64,000 bases of DNA from positions 302,265 to 366,264 of the forward strand of contig CAVUMU010000002.1 of NCBI GenBank assembly GCA_963742755.1, given 5' to 3'. The number at the start of each line of letters is the position of its first letter. Positions within the stretch are counted from its first letter, which is position 1. This document shows positions 30,849 through 40,265 of the stretch, in pieces. Made by a program: the position numbers and the translations under genes. The DNA comes from an uncultured Gemmatimonadales bacterium (GTDB taxonomy: Bacteria > Gemmatimonadota > Gemmatimonadetes > Gemmatimonadales > GWC2-71-9). The notes under the pieces are model-generated. The model had not been told where the DNA came from. It searched no databases and saw nothing but the letters and a program-made list of their open reading frames with translations.

Positions 30849-31532
30849 CTAGAGAATCGCGAGCATGGGGGTTTCGACCGGCTGGAGCTCGAAGGCTTCC
30901 GCCATCCCTGCGATGACGGCCTGACGGGCCTCCTCCCAGAGAGCCGGAGAATCTGCCCGGCGCAGCTCCGCGGCCACGCTGGTCATGGTCACATCCTTGA
31001 TGCCACACGGAACGATGAGATCGAAGTAGGACAGGTCGGTGCTCACGTTGAGGGCAAAGCCGTGGAACGTCACCCACTGCTTCACGTGGATACCGATGCT
31101 TGCGATCTTCCGGCCTTGGGTCCAGACCCCGGTAAGCCCCGGATTTGCTCCCGCCTCGACTCCCAGTTGGCCCAGGCTCCCGATCAGACCCGCCTCAAGC
31201 CGGCGAAGATACCAGTGCAGGTCCTCCCGGTGATGCCGCAGATCTACCACGGGATAGCCCACCAGCTGTCCCGGACCGTGAAAGGTGACGTCACCTCCGC
31301 GCTCCACTTCGAACACCTCGACCCCGCGTCGTTCGAGCTCTGCTCGTGGCAGCGGCAGGCTCTCTGCTCGGGTTCCCCGGCCCAGCGTCACCACCGGATC
31401 GTGTTCCACCAGCAGCAGGACGTCTTCGTCGCTCTCACCCGCGATACGTTGGCGGCACAGGCGTCGCTGCAGCTCCAGTACCTCGGCATAATCCCGCCGG
31501 CCGAGGTCGTGCACGACCAGGCGAGCGGTCAC
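30849..31532 (-). CDS. lipB: lipoyl(octanoyl) transferase
   Basis: Motifs ERGGDVTFHGPGQLVGYP and KIASIGI. Confidence 0.92.
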   Translation of the reverse strand: MTARLVVHDLGRRDYAEVLELQRRLCRQRIAGESDEDVLLLVEHDPVVTLGRGTRAESLPLPRAELERRGVEVFEVERGGDVTFHGPGQLVGYPVVDLRHHREDLHWYLRRLEAGLIGSLGQLGVEAGANPGLTGVWTQGRKIASIGIHVKQWVTFHGFALNVSTDLSYFDLIVPCGIKDVTMTSVAAELRRADSPALWEEARQAVIAGMAEAFELQPVETPMLAIL

Positions 31533-31924
31533 GGGTGCACCTGCGACCTGAGGCGGCGAGCCTGGAAGGCCAGCACCGCGGAGGTCAGGGCGGAGAGGCC
31601 CAGCAAGGTGAGCAGGCCGGCGCGGCCGAAGAGCTCGAAGACCCCGGTGCAGATCAGCATCAGGACGACTGTGGCAAAGGCCGCAACCATGGCCAATCCC
31701 CCACGGCGGTACGCGGACGCGACCGGCTCGAGCAGACGCCAGGCGACGAAGCCGGCAAGGACGAGCCCCGCGATCGTCCCGCAGGCGATCAGGTAAAACC
31801 GAAACTCGAGGTTGGCCTCCCCATGCCGGGAGCGGAGCGTATCGGCGACCAGCACCGTCGCCGTGATTGCGCTCAGACCGGTCAGGACCGCGGACGCGAG
31901 CGCGGCCGCCAGAAACCCCAGCAT
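31529..31924 (-). CDS. hypothetical 4-TM membrane protein
   Basis: Four hydrophobic helices. Coupled to lpdA (1-nt overlap) and lipB (4-nt overlap). Confidence 0.55.
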   Translation of the reverse strand: MLGFLAAALASAVLTGLSAITATVLVADTLRSRHGEANLEFRFYLIACGTIAGLVLAGFVAWRLLEPVASAYRRGGLAMVAAFATVVLMLICTGVFELFGRAGLLTLLGLSALTSAVLAFQARRLRSQVHP

Positions 31925-33321
31925 CAGATATGCACCACCCGTCCCATCGAATCCAGCGCCGCCTCGGCGATCGCTTCGGACAGCGTCGGATGGGCGTGGA
32001 TGGCGAGATCCACCTCCTCGACGGTGTATTCGTTCTGCCGGGCGACAGCCAGCTCGTGGATTATCTCTGAGGCGTGTCCACCCACGATGTGGGCGCCGAG
32101 GATCTCGCCGTACTTCTTGTCCCGGATGATCTTCACGAAGCCTTCAGTCTCACCGGCGGTCCGGGCGCGGCCGTTGGCGCTGAACGGGAAACGACCAACC
32201 TGATACTCCAGCTTCCGCTCCTTGGCCTGGTCCTCGGTCATCCCGATGCTGGCGACCTCGGGGTGGCAATAGGTCACACTGGGGACGTTGTCGTACTTGA
32301 TCGGCTGGGGGTGATGGCCGGCGATCAGCTCCGCGACCACCATCCCCTCGCGGCTCCCCTTGTGGGCCAGCATCGGGGGACCGGCTACGTCGCCGATGGC
32401 GTAGACCCCGGGCGCGCTGGTCTCCAGCGTCGCCAGATTCACCTTGATGAACCCCCGATCGGTCAGCTGGACGCCGGCTTCCTGCAATCCCAGATTCTCG
32501 GTGTTCACCGCGCGGCCGGCGGCCATCAACACCTTCTCCGCCTCGATCGACTCGGTCTTTCCGCCGGTCTCGACCTCGAGGGTCACCTTGTCCTTGGCGA
32601 CAGTGGCCTTCTTGACCTTGGCGCCGGCAATGACGGCGATGCCGCGCTTCTTGAAGCTCTTGGTCAGGGCGTCGGATGATTCGGCGTCCTCCAGTGGAAG
32701 GATCCGGGGCAGGGCCTCGATGAGGGTGACCTTGCTTCCGAAAGCGTGGAAGATGTCGGCGAACTCACATCCGACGGCGCCGGCCCCCACGATGGCGAGC
32801 GTCTTGGGCTGGGTCTCGAGGAACAGGGCCTCATCCGAGCTGATTACAGTGCTCTTGTTGATCTCCAGCCCGATCTGAGGAATGCCCTTCACCCGTGACC
32901 CGGTGGCGATCACTACCGCCTTCCGCGCCTGGTACTCGTCCTTGCCCACCCGCACGGTGCGGTTGCGCGCCACCACCCCGGCGCCCTTCACCACCGTGAC
33001 CTTGTGCTTCTTCATCAGGAACTCCACTCCCTTGGAGTTTTGCTCCGAGACCTTGCGGGAGCGCCGCATCGCCACGCCGTAGTCGGTCTTCACCGATCCG
33101 ACTTCGATTCCCAGGTCCTTGGCCTCGTGGGCCACCAGGCCGGCGACGTAGGCGCTGTGCAGCAGGGCCTTGGTGGGGATGCAGCCGATATTCACGCAGA
33201 CGCCGCCGAGCTTGTCCTTCTCGATCACGGCCGTTGCGAGCCCGAGCTGCGCCGCGCGGATGGCGCAGACATAGCCGGCGGGCCCGCCTCCCACGATGAT
33301 CACGTCGAACTGAGTTGCCAC
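31924..33321 (-). CDS. lpdA: dihydrolipoyl dehydrogenase (E3)
   Basis: FDVIIVGGGPAGY, redox disulfide CVNIGCIPTK and HAHPTLSE. The GTG at 33321 has a GAGGGG RBS. The track start at 33354 would run into the intergenic hairpin. Confidence 0.93.
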   Translation of the reverse strand: MATQFDVIIVGGGPAGYVCAIRAAQLGLATAVIEKDKLGGVCVNIGCIPTKALLHSAYVAGLVAHEAKDLGIEVGSVKTDYGVAMRRSRKVSEQNSKGVEFLMKKHKVTVVKGAGVVARNRTVRVGKDEYQARKAVVIATGSRVKGIPQIGLEINKSTVISSDEALFLETQPKTLAIVGAGAVGCEFADIFHAFGSKVTLIEALPRILPLEDAESSDALTKSFKKRGIAVIAGAKVKKATVAKDKVTLEVETGGKTESIEAEKVLMAAGRAVNTENLGLQEAGVQLTDRGFIKVNLATLETSAPGVYAIGDVAGPPMLAHKGSREGMVVAELIAGHHPQPIKYDNVPSVTYCHPEVASIGMTEDQAKERKLEYQVGRFPFSANGRARTAGETEGFVKIIRDKKYGEILGAHIVGGHASEIIHELAVARQNEYTVEEVDLAIHAHPTLSEAIAEAALDSMGRVVHI

Positions 33322-33349
33322 AGTATCCCCTCTAAGAAAAGCGAGTGAT

Positions 33350-33414
33350 GTCACCCTGAGCGTAGCGAAGGGGCCGAAGCGACGCTCTGGCCCCCTCGCG
33401 CTGCTCGGGGTGAC
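33350..33414. repeat. long imperfect hairpin in the pdhC-lpdA spacer
   Basis: GTCACCC/GGGGTGAC, GAGC/GCTC and CGAAGGGGCC/GGCCCCCTCG stems. Confidence 0.7.
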
Positions 33415-33420
33415 AATCTG

Positions 33421-34773
33421 CTACCAGACCAGCGCCAGCGGATTTTCCAGCATCCCCTTCAGCGTCTTGAGAAACTGGGCGCCGGTCGCGCCGTCGATCA
33501 CCCGGTGGTCGCAGGACATGGTGAGCCGCATCCGGCGCCGGATAGCAACCGCGCCCTGGTGCGCCACCGGCTTCTCTGCCATGCGGCCCACCGCCAGAAT
33601 GCCGGTTTCGGGCGGATTGATGATGGCAGTGAACTCCTCGATGTCGAGCATGCCGAGGTTGGAGACCGTAAAGGTGCCGCCGGTGTACTCCTCGGGCTTG
33701 AGCCGCCGCTCCCGGGCCCGGGCGGCCAGATCCCGTGACTCGGTCGCGATCTCCCGCAGGGTCTTCTGGTCGGCGTGACGGATCACCGGGGTGATCAGAC
33801 CTTCCTCGACCGCGACCGCCATGCTCACGTGCACCTCGTTCCAGTAGCGGATGTGATCGTCCTGCCACCAGCTGTTGCAGGCCGGATGCTGCCGCAGAGC
33901 CATGGCCACGGCCTTGATAATGATATCATTGAACGAGACGCTGGCGTCTTTCCCCGCTTCCCCGCTTTCCCGCTTACCCGCCGCGCGAAGCTCTTCGCGC
34001 GCCTCGACTACCCGCTCCATGTCCACCTCGCTGGTGAGGTAGAACGTCGGGACCGGGCCGATCGACTGGGCGAGCCGCCGGGCGATGGTCTTCCGGATTT
34101 GGGTGAGCGGGACATCGGTGTAGGGGGCGCCAGCGGGGCCGCGGGGCAGCGGGGCAGCCGCAGGGCCTGACGACGCGGGTGCCGGTCGGGCGGGACTCGC
34201 CGCAACGGCCGTCTCAAGGTCACGGGCGATGATGCGGCCCTCCGGCCCGGTGCCGGCCACGGCCCCGAGATCCATTCCACGGTCCGCCGCGATCCGGCGC
34301 GCCAGTGGCGAAGCCTTGACCCTGGTGGGGGTGGCCTTGGCCCCGTTTCCTTCGCGCGCGGGCTGCTTTTCCACAGGACGCCGCTCTACCGTGGCCACGG
34401 CGGCTGGTGGCGCGGGCGGCATGGAGACCGGTCGGTCCTTCCCGGGCGATGGCTGCGTGGCTTGTGCCTCTTTGCTGGCCCGTGGCCCCGCGGCCCCGCT
34501 GTCCGTCCGCCCCACTGCCCCGCTTACATCCTCCCCTCGTTCCCCAATGACAGCAACCAGCTCCGAGACTGGTACGGTGGCGCCGGCCTCAACCACGTGC
34601 TTGAGCAGCGTCCCCGCAGCGCGGGCCACGAGCTCCATGACCGCCTTATCGGTCTCCACCTCGGCGAGCACGTCACCCACGGCGACGGTGTCGCCCTCCT
34701 GCTTTTTCCATTCGACCAGGCGCCCTTCCTCCATGGTGGGGGAGAGGGCTTCCATTACGACTTTCGTGGTCAT
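33421..34773 (-). CDS. pdhC: dihydrolipoamide acetyltransferase (E2) of the pyruvate dehydrogenase complex
   Basis: Lipoyl domain (EVETDKAVMEL), a peripheral subunit-binding domain, and a catalytic DHRVIDG. Confidence 0.93.
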   Translation of the reverse strand: MTTKVVMEALSPTMEEGRLVEWKKQEGDTVAVGDVLAEVETDKAVMELVARAAGTLLKHVVEAGATVPVSELVAVIGERGEDVSGAVGRTDSGAAGPRASKEAQATQPSPGKDRPVSMPPAPPAAVATVERRPVEKQPAREGNGAKATPTRVKASPLARRIAADRGMDLGAVAGTGPEGRIIARDLETAVAASPARPAPASSGPAAAPLPRGPAGAPYTDVPLTQIRKTIARRLAQSIGPVPTFYLTSEVDMERVVEAREELRAAGKRESGEAGKDASVSFNDIIIKAVAMALRQHPACNSWWQDDHIRYWNEVHVSMAVAVEEGLITPVIRHADQKTLREIATESRDLAARARERRLKPEEYTGGTFTVSNLGMLDIEEFTAIINPPETGILAVGRMAEKPVAHQGAVAIRRRMRLTMSCDHRVIDGATGAQFLKTLKGMLENPLALVW

Positions 34774-34793
34774 TCTTGAGTCCTGGTTGAAGC

Positions 34794-34893
34794 GCTATTG
34801 GCTATTGGCTATTGGCTATGGGCTGATCCGATGCCGACGAAGCTCCGCTTCCAGGGCGGAACAGCCAAGGGCCAATAGCCAATAGCCAATAGC
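34794..34893. repeat. tandem-heptamer hairpin (GCTATTG)3 / (CAATAGC)3
   Basis: At least 22-bp perfect stem plus an imperfect extension, with a 36-nt loop, between the pdhB stop and the pdhC start. Its unit is closely related to the unit of the 25171 element. Confidence 0.9.
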
Positions 34894-35874
34894 CTACTCC
34901 TTATACAAAACCTGATTCACCGCGCTGACCACTTTCGCCGGATCGGCCTTGGCCGCCTTCTCCAGCTGCTTGTTGTAGGGCATGGGGACATCGGCACCGG
35001 TGACCCTCAGCACCGGGGCGTCGAGCTCATCGAACACCTCGCGCTGAATGGTGTCGACCACCTGGGCCCCGATGCCGGCAAACGGCCAGCCCTCCTCGAC
35101 CACGACGCACCGGTGGGTCTTGGCCACCGAGGTGAGCACCGCTTCAGTGTCCATCGGCCGGATGGTGCGCAGGTCCAGCACCTCGGCCTTGATCCCGTCC
35201 TTGGCCAGCTGCTCCGCCGCTTTGAGCGACACGCCGACGCTCTTCGAGTGGCAGATGATCGTCACATCGCTGCCCTCGAGTTTGATGTCCGCCAGTCCGA
35301 GCGGCACGACATGCTCCCCCTCGGGCACCTCGCCCTTGAGGTTGTACAGCATCTCGCCCTCGATGAAGATGACCGGATTGTCATCCCGGATGGCGCTCTT
35401 CAGTAGCCCCTTTGCATCGGCCGGCGTCGCCGGCATGACCACCTTGAGTCCGGGGATGTGGGCGTACCAGCTCTCGAAGGCCTGGGAGTGCTGCGAGGCG
35501 AGCTGCAATGCAGATCCGCCGGGTCCCCGAAACACCGCGGGAACTCCTACCTGGCCATTCGACATGTAGCGCATCTTCGCGGCCGAGTTGACCAGCTGAT
35601 CGACCGCAAGCAGCGCGAAGTTCCAGGTCATGAACTCGATGACGGGCCGAAGCCCGACCATGGCGGCGCCCACCCCGACGCCCGCGAACCCCAGCTCGGT
35701 GATGGGGGTATCCACCACCCGCATCGGACCGAACTCATCGAGCAGGCCGCGGCTCACCTTGTAGGCGCCCTGATAGACCCCGACCTCCTCGCCCATGAGG
35801 AAGACGTTCGGGTCCCGCTGCATCTCCTCGCGAAGTGCCTGGTTGAGGGCGTCTCTATAGGTCAGAATTGCCAT
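34894..35874 (-). CDS. pdhB: pyruvate dehydrogenase E1 beta subunit
   Basis: Transketolase-like pyrimidine-binding and C-terminal domains, 326 aa. Confidence 0.93.
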   Translation of the reverse strand: MAILTYRDALNQALREEMQRDPNVFLMGEEVGVYQGAYKVSRGLLDEFGPMRVVDTPITELGFAGVGVGAAMVGLRPVIEFMTWNFALLAVDQLVNSAAKMRYMSNGQVGVPAVFRGPGGSALQLASQHSQAFESWYAHIPGLKVVMPATPADAKGLLKSAIRDDNPVIFIEGEMLYNLKGEVPEGEHVVPLGLADIKLEGSDVTIICHSKSVGVSLKAAEQLAKDGIKAEVLDLRTIRPMDTEAVLTSVAKTHRCVVVEEGWPFAGIGAQVVDTIQREVFDELDAPVLRVTGADVPMPYNKQLEKAAKADPAKVVSAVNQVLYKE

Positions 35875-35884
35875 AGGTGATCCC

Positions 35885-35948
35885 GGTGAACGGTGAACGG
35901 TAAACCGGATGCGCGGTAGCAGGCCGGTTCACTGTTTACCGTTTACGC
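35885..35948. repeat. tandem-heptamer hairpin (GTGAACG/GTAAACG units)
   Basis: GGTGAACGGTGAACGGTAAACCGG pairs with CCGGTTCACTGTTTACCGTTTAC, with transition mismatches. The right arm contains the pdhA stop. Confidence 0.8.
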
Positions 35949-36969
35949 TGTTTTCTTCCGCGTAGACGTCCTGGTACAGCTCCTCCGGCGCGGGGTCCGG
36001 TGCCTGATCGGCGAACTGGTAGGCGTCCTCGACCTCCTCCAGCACATCCTTGTCCATGGCCCGCACCGCGCTTTCATCCATCAGCCCGTCCGCGATCAGG
36101 CGCTGGGACCAGACGGAGATCGGGTCGCGCTTGCGCTGGTCTTCCACTTCCTCGCGGGTGCGATAATGGCCGTGAATGGGGTCGGACATCGAGTGGCCCA
36201 TGAAGCGGTAGGTGCGGACTTCGAGCAGGGTGGGGAGCTTCTCGTTCCTGGCCCGTTGTACCGCCCGGTCCATGGCGGCGTTCATGGTCAGCACATCCTG
36301 TCCGTCGACCACCTCGTTGGCCATGTCGTAGGAGCAGGCTCGCTCGGAGATGTCGTACAGGGCGCTGGCCCGCTCGAGCGCGGTGCCCATGCCGTAGCGA
36401 TTGTTCTCGCAGAGGTATATGGCGGGCAGCTTCCAGAGCGCCGCCATGTTGAGCGCCTCGTGGAAGGCGCCGTTATTGACGGCGGCCTCGCCGAAGTAGC
36501 AGACCGCCACCTGGCTGGTTCCCCGATACTTGGCGGCAAACGCCATCCCGGTGGTCAGCGGGATGTGGCCTCCCACGATGCCGTGGCCGCCCAGGAAGCC
36601 CAGGGAGGCGTCGAACAGGTGCATCGAGCCACCCTTGCCACCGGTGCAGCCCGCTGCCTTGCCGAACAGCTCGGCCATGACCGCCTGGGACGAGATCCCC
36701 CGGGCCAGCGCGTGGCCGTGCTCGCGGTAGGAGCAGGTGATGTAGTCATCCGGCCCCAGCGCGGCGAGGCTGCCGACCGCCACCGCCTCCTGGCCGATAT
36801 AGAGATGGCAGAAGCCACCGACCTTGCCCAGGCTGTACGCCTCGCCGGCCTTCTCCTCGAAGCGGCGGATCAGCAGCATCTGGCGCAGCCAGTGCCGGTA
36901 CTCCTCGGCGCGGCCGGCGTCGAGACCCTTGGACTTGGCGGTGGTGCGGGCGGCGGTCGATCCGGCCAC
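35929..36969 (-). CDS. pdhA: pyruvate dehydrogenase E1 alpha subunit
   Basis: TPP-binding motif (GDGA-type): GEAAVNNGAFHEALNMAALWKLPAIYLCENN. The GTG at 36969 overlaps the lipA stop (TAGTG). The longer track ORF overlaps lipA. Confidence 0.9.
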   Translation of the reverse strand: MAGSTAARTTAKSKGLDAGRAEEYRHWLRQMLLIRRFEEKAGEAYSLGKVGGFCHLYIGQEAVAVGSLAALGPDDYITCSYREHGHALARGISSQAVMAELFGKAAGCTGGKGGSMHLFDASLGFLGGHGIVGGHIPLTTGMAFAAKYRGTSQVAVCYFGEAAVNNGAFHEALNMAALWKLPAIYLCENNRYGMGTALERASALYDISERACSYDMANEVVDGQDVLTMNAAMDRAVQRARNEKLPTLLEVRTYRFMGHSMSDPIHGHYRTREEVEDQRKRDPISVWSQRLIADGLMDESAVRAMDKDVLEEVEDAYQFADQAPDPAPEELYQDVYAEENSVNGKQ

Positions 36970-37901
36970 TACGCGTGCTCGGGGCGCGCGGAGCGCGCCT
37001 GCTCCCAGGCGTGGTACGACGACCGGGTGAGGGGGCTGGCTTGGACGTGCGAGAACCCCATGCCGAGGCCCACATCGCGCAGCTCGTCGAACTCCTGGGG
37101 AGTGTAGTAGCGGGCTACCGGCATGTGACTCCCGGAGGGGCGCAGATACTGGCCCAGCGTGAGGATGTTGACGTCGCTGGAACGGAGGTCCCGCATGCAG
37201 GTGATCACCTCGTCCCACTCCTCGCCCATGCCGAGGATCACCCCGGACTTGGTGAGCCCATCGGGGGCCATGCGGCGCGCGTTGGCCAGCAATCGAAGCG
37301 CCCGGTCGTAGCGGCCCCCGGGCCGCGCCATGCGATAGAGACGTTCGGCAGTCTCGAGGTTGTGATTGAGAATGTCGGGCCGGGCCTCCATCACGATGCC
37401 GAGCGCCTGCTCGGAGCCCTTGAAGTCCGGGATGAGTACCTCGACCGTTGTCTCCGGCAGACGCCGCCGGATCTCGGTGATGCAGCCGGCAAACGCTTCC
37501 GCGCCGCCGTTGGGCAGATCGTCGCGATCAACCGAGGTGATCACGACATGCTGAAGGCCCATGCGAGCCACCGCTTCTGCCAGCCGCAGCGGCTCCAGCT
37601 CGTCGAATGCCTTCGGGGTGCCGTGGGCAACCGCGCAATAGGTACAGTTGCGGGTGCAGACGTCGCCCAGAATCATGAAGGTGGCGGCCTCGTGCTCCCA
37701 GCACTCGCCCACGTTCGGGCAGCGGGCCTCCTCACAGACCGTGTGGAGGCCAAGCTCGCGCATCATTCCCTTCAAGCGGACATAGTTGGCGCCGCCGGGG
37801 GCCTTCACCTTGAGCCAGCCGGGCTTCCGGGCGGGAACCAAGGGGGCAGGGCTCGCGTTGGTGGAACCCGATCGCGTCAGTTGGACCAGCGGAACTGCCA
37901 C
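36969..37901 (-). CDS. lipA: lipoyl synthase
   Basis: Radical-SAM CTRNCTYC plus the auxiliary cluster CEEARCPNVGEC. The GTG at 37901 follows a GAGGAG RBS. Confidence 0.93.
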   Translation of the reverse strand: MAVPLVQLTRSGSTNASPAPLVPARKPGWLKVKAPGGANYVRLKGMMRELGLHTVCEEARCPNVGECWEHEAATFMILGDVCTRNCTYCAVAHGTPKAFDELEPLRLAEAVARMGLQHVVITSVDRDDLPNGGAEAFAGCITEIRRRLPETTVEVLIPDFKGSEQALGIVMEARPDILNHNLETAERLYRMARPGGRYDRALRLLANARRMAPDGLTKSGVILGMGEEWDEVITCMRDLRSSDVNILTLGQYLRPSGSHMPVARYYTPQEFDELRDVGLGMGFSHVQASPLTRSSYHAWEQARSARPEHA

Positions 37902-37974
37902 TATCTCCTCACCAGTTGGTGCCTGCCTGCTAGTAGGTTCGACCGGAAAACTAGCAGGGGCGGCCAGCCGGGAG

Positions 37975-38388
37975 CTAGCTGCGACACCGGTCCAGCAGCG
38001 CCTGTGCGTCGGCCTTGACCAAGTCGGATGCCCGCTCCTGCACCTCGGTCGGACCCCGCTGCGTGGTGTATTCCGCGAAGGTGCGGGGCAGCACCTCGAT
38101 GCTCGTTTGTCCCTCGGCCGTGGCCGAGACGTCAACGTCCAGCTTGTCCTGGATGCGGCGGAATTGCACGTCAGGCCGGCGCGACTTGGAGTCGATCTTG
38201 GTGGCGGTGACCCGGAGATCGTCGGCGTCGTTCGAGGTCTGCCGGTAGCCCAGCGCTCCGAGCTGTTTCTTCACGCATGCGAAGGTATCGTCGGGACCCG
38301 CCGCCGTCCGGGTATTCACCGGAGTGGAAAGCGCCTTGCCGCATCCTGACAGGAGCACGGCCATGCCGAGGAACACGCGGTAAAGCAT
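37975..38388 (-). CDS. hypothetical lipoprotein
   Basis: Lipobox LLSGC, 137 aa. Confidence 0.5.
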   Translation of the reverse strand: MLYRVFLGMAVLLSGCGKALSTPVNTRTAAGPDDTFACVKKQLGALGYRQTSNDADDLRVTATKIDSKSRRPDVQFRRIQDKLDVDVSATAEGQTSIEVLPRTFAEYTTQRGPTEVQERASDLVKADAQALLDRCRS

Positions 38389-38463
38389 CGACTGCTCCAG
38401 GGTTGAGTGAGGGTGGCGGTAATGTACCCAAGGTCAACCGGCGCCGCTCCTGAAGGGACTCCG

Positions 38464-38497
38464 AAAAAACGACGGCCCCTCGAACGGGAGGCCGTCG
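38464..38497 (-). terminator. intrinsic terminator after the porin gene
   Basis: On the minus strand, CGACGGCC...GGCCGTCG is followed by TTTTTT. Confidence 0.7.
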
Positions 38498-38521
38498 TGG
38501 ACCGCGGTAAAAGGTTGTGCG

Positions 38522-39709
38522 CTAGAAGAACAGCATCAGGCCGACGGCTGGAGCGATGGACTTGTTATCGTCGCTGAGATCGCTGTCGTCTCCGGTAACG
38601 GCATAGTTGAATTCGCCGACCGCCTTGAGCGACTTGGTGGCCTGATAATAGATGCCACCCGAAGCCAGCCAGTTCTTGGTCTTGAAGGCGGGTTCGCTGT
38701 CGGAGTTCTCCAGGATGCTGATGCCCCAGCTGCCGGCCACCGTCACCTTGCTGTTGGCCGGAGTAAAGGTCACCTGACCGATCCCGCCCATGGACTTCCG
38801 CAGGTCATCGCCCAGGGTCCCGCCTGTGCCGAGGTTGAACAGCAGGGTGGTTCCGAGACCCTTGCCGTAATAGCCGCTGGCCGTGAGCGAGAACGTCGGA
38901 TTACCGAAGCGCACACCACCAGTGCCGCCCCAGGACGTGGCCTTCTCGTCGGCTACGCCGCCGGTGCCGTTGTTCTGCACCAGACCGCCGACCCAGACCT
39001 TGGTGTTTCCGGCCGCCCACACACCCTCGGCCTCCAACCGCGGGAGCTCGATGGTGGTGTACGGCCCATTGCTGGCCGGATCGAACACGCCGATCGAAAG
39101 CTGGAACGGCCGGCCTGCCGCCGTGCTGTAGGTCATCTGGGCCTTGAACTGCGGATAGATGTACCCGAAGCCGATGCGCCCGAGGGTCGTGCCGCCGGAG
39201 ATTTGGCCACCCGTGGCGCCGACGCCAAACAGGGTCTGGTCGGTCAGGATGTTCTGCCGGCCGAAGAGACCGAGCTCGCGACCCGCGAGAATCTGGCCCC
39301 ACGCCCCGCCGACGGTCAGGTACACCTGACGCATGTCGATCTGGGCGCCGAAGCAGTCATGAAAGACCTGTCCGGTGAGCGGATCGCCGCCGCACTGAAT
39401 CTGTGGCGCGAATCCGAAGTGAACGCCGAGATCGGTGTTGCCCTCCTTGCCCTTCGCATCGAATACCGCAAAGGCCGGGAGCAGCCCGGTGCGGATCCGG
39501 GTGGCACCCTCGCCGCCTCCGGCAACGATGCCGCCGGGCGTCGCGGTCGGGGCCGCGTTATCACTCGGCTTCTCGTAGACCAGGAAGGCATTGACGTTCC
39601 CGCCAAAGGTGAAGCTCCAGCCATTACTCATCTGCATCGTCAGCTGTGCCTCGGCGGCGCTGGCCGCTCCCATCACCAAGCCCATACACAACAGTGCGAC
39701 TCGCTTCAT
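38522..39709 (-). CDS. outer-membrane porin
   Basis: Signal peptide ...SAAEAQ, beta-strand periodicity, and a C-terminal ...VGLMLFF. An intrinsic terminator follows. Confidence 0.75.
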   Translation of the reverse strand: MKRVALLCMGLVMGAASAAEAQLTMQMSNGWSFTFGGNVNAFLVYEKPSDNAAPTATPGGIVAGGGEGATRIRTGLLPAFAVFDAKGKEGNTDLGVHFGFAPQIQCGGDPLTGQVFHDCFGAQIDMRQVYLTVGGAWGQILAGRELGLFGRQNILTDQTLFGVGATGGQISGGTTLGRIGFGYIYPQFKAQMTYSTAAGRPFQLSIGVFDPASNGPYTTIELPRLEAEGVWAAGNTKVWVGGLVQNNGTGGVADEKATSWGGTGGVRFGNPTFSLTASGYYGKGLGTTLLFNLGTGGTLGDDLRKSMGGIGQVTFTPANSKVTVAGSWGISILENSDSEPAFKTKNWLASGGIYYQATKSLKAVGEFNYAVTGDDSDLSDDNKSIAPAVGLMLFF

Positions 39710-39797
39710 AGGTACGTCTCCCTCGAGTAAGGATGACCGCCAACGACTGCTTAACTTCGGGATCAAAGCCACGACTTGATCAAAAGCTCCAGCAATG

Positions 39798-40199
39798 TTA
39801 CGGCAGTGTATCGGTAATCGGCCGGCCAAGTGCGGTGTTCACCTCCAGGAAAGCGTGCCACGTGGGCAGGGGGACGTGGTTTTTCCACCAGTAGAAATCA
39901 CTGATGCGACTCGAATACACATTGGCACTGTAGGGAAAGCGAAGCCGGTCATTCCGGCTCAGCTTCTCGATGGCCATCCGAACCTGGGCTGAGTCCCGGG
40001 CGCCGGCGGCGGCCTGACCCAGCGCCGCGCCGGCAAGGAACCCCTCGACATAGGCCAGCCGTACGTCCGGCTTCATCTGTCGCCAGTCGGCGCCGTTCAC
40101 GCCGAGCCAGGGACGAGGGGGATCCTGCCGGGACCAGGCGGATCCTGCCAGGGCTCCCACCACCAGCAGGGTCATCCAGAACCACCGTGTGACTGCCAT
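39798..40199 (-). CDS. hypothetical exported protein downstream of the PQQ dehydrogenase
   Basis: Signal-like MAVTRWFWMTLLVVGALAGSAWS. No heme (CxxCH) or EF-hand motifs. An alternative GTG start lies at 40223. Confidence 0.5.
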   Translation of the reverse strand: MAVTRWFWMTLLVVGALAGSAWSRQDPPRPWLGVNGADWRQMKPDVRLAYVEGFLAGAALGQAAAGARDSAQVRMAIEKLSRNDRLRFPYSANVYSSRISDFYWWKNHVPLPTWHAFLEVNTALGRPITDTLP

Positions 40200-40265
40200 A
40201 GTTCTCGTGCACCGGACCGGCAAGGAACCCGAATCACGGGATCCCGGCCGGCCGACACGGATGAC

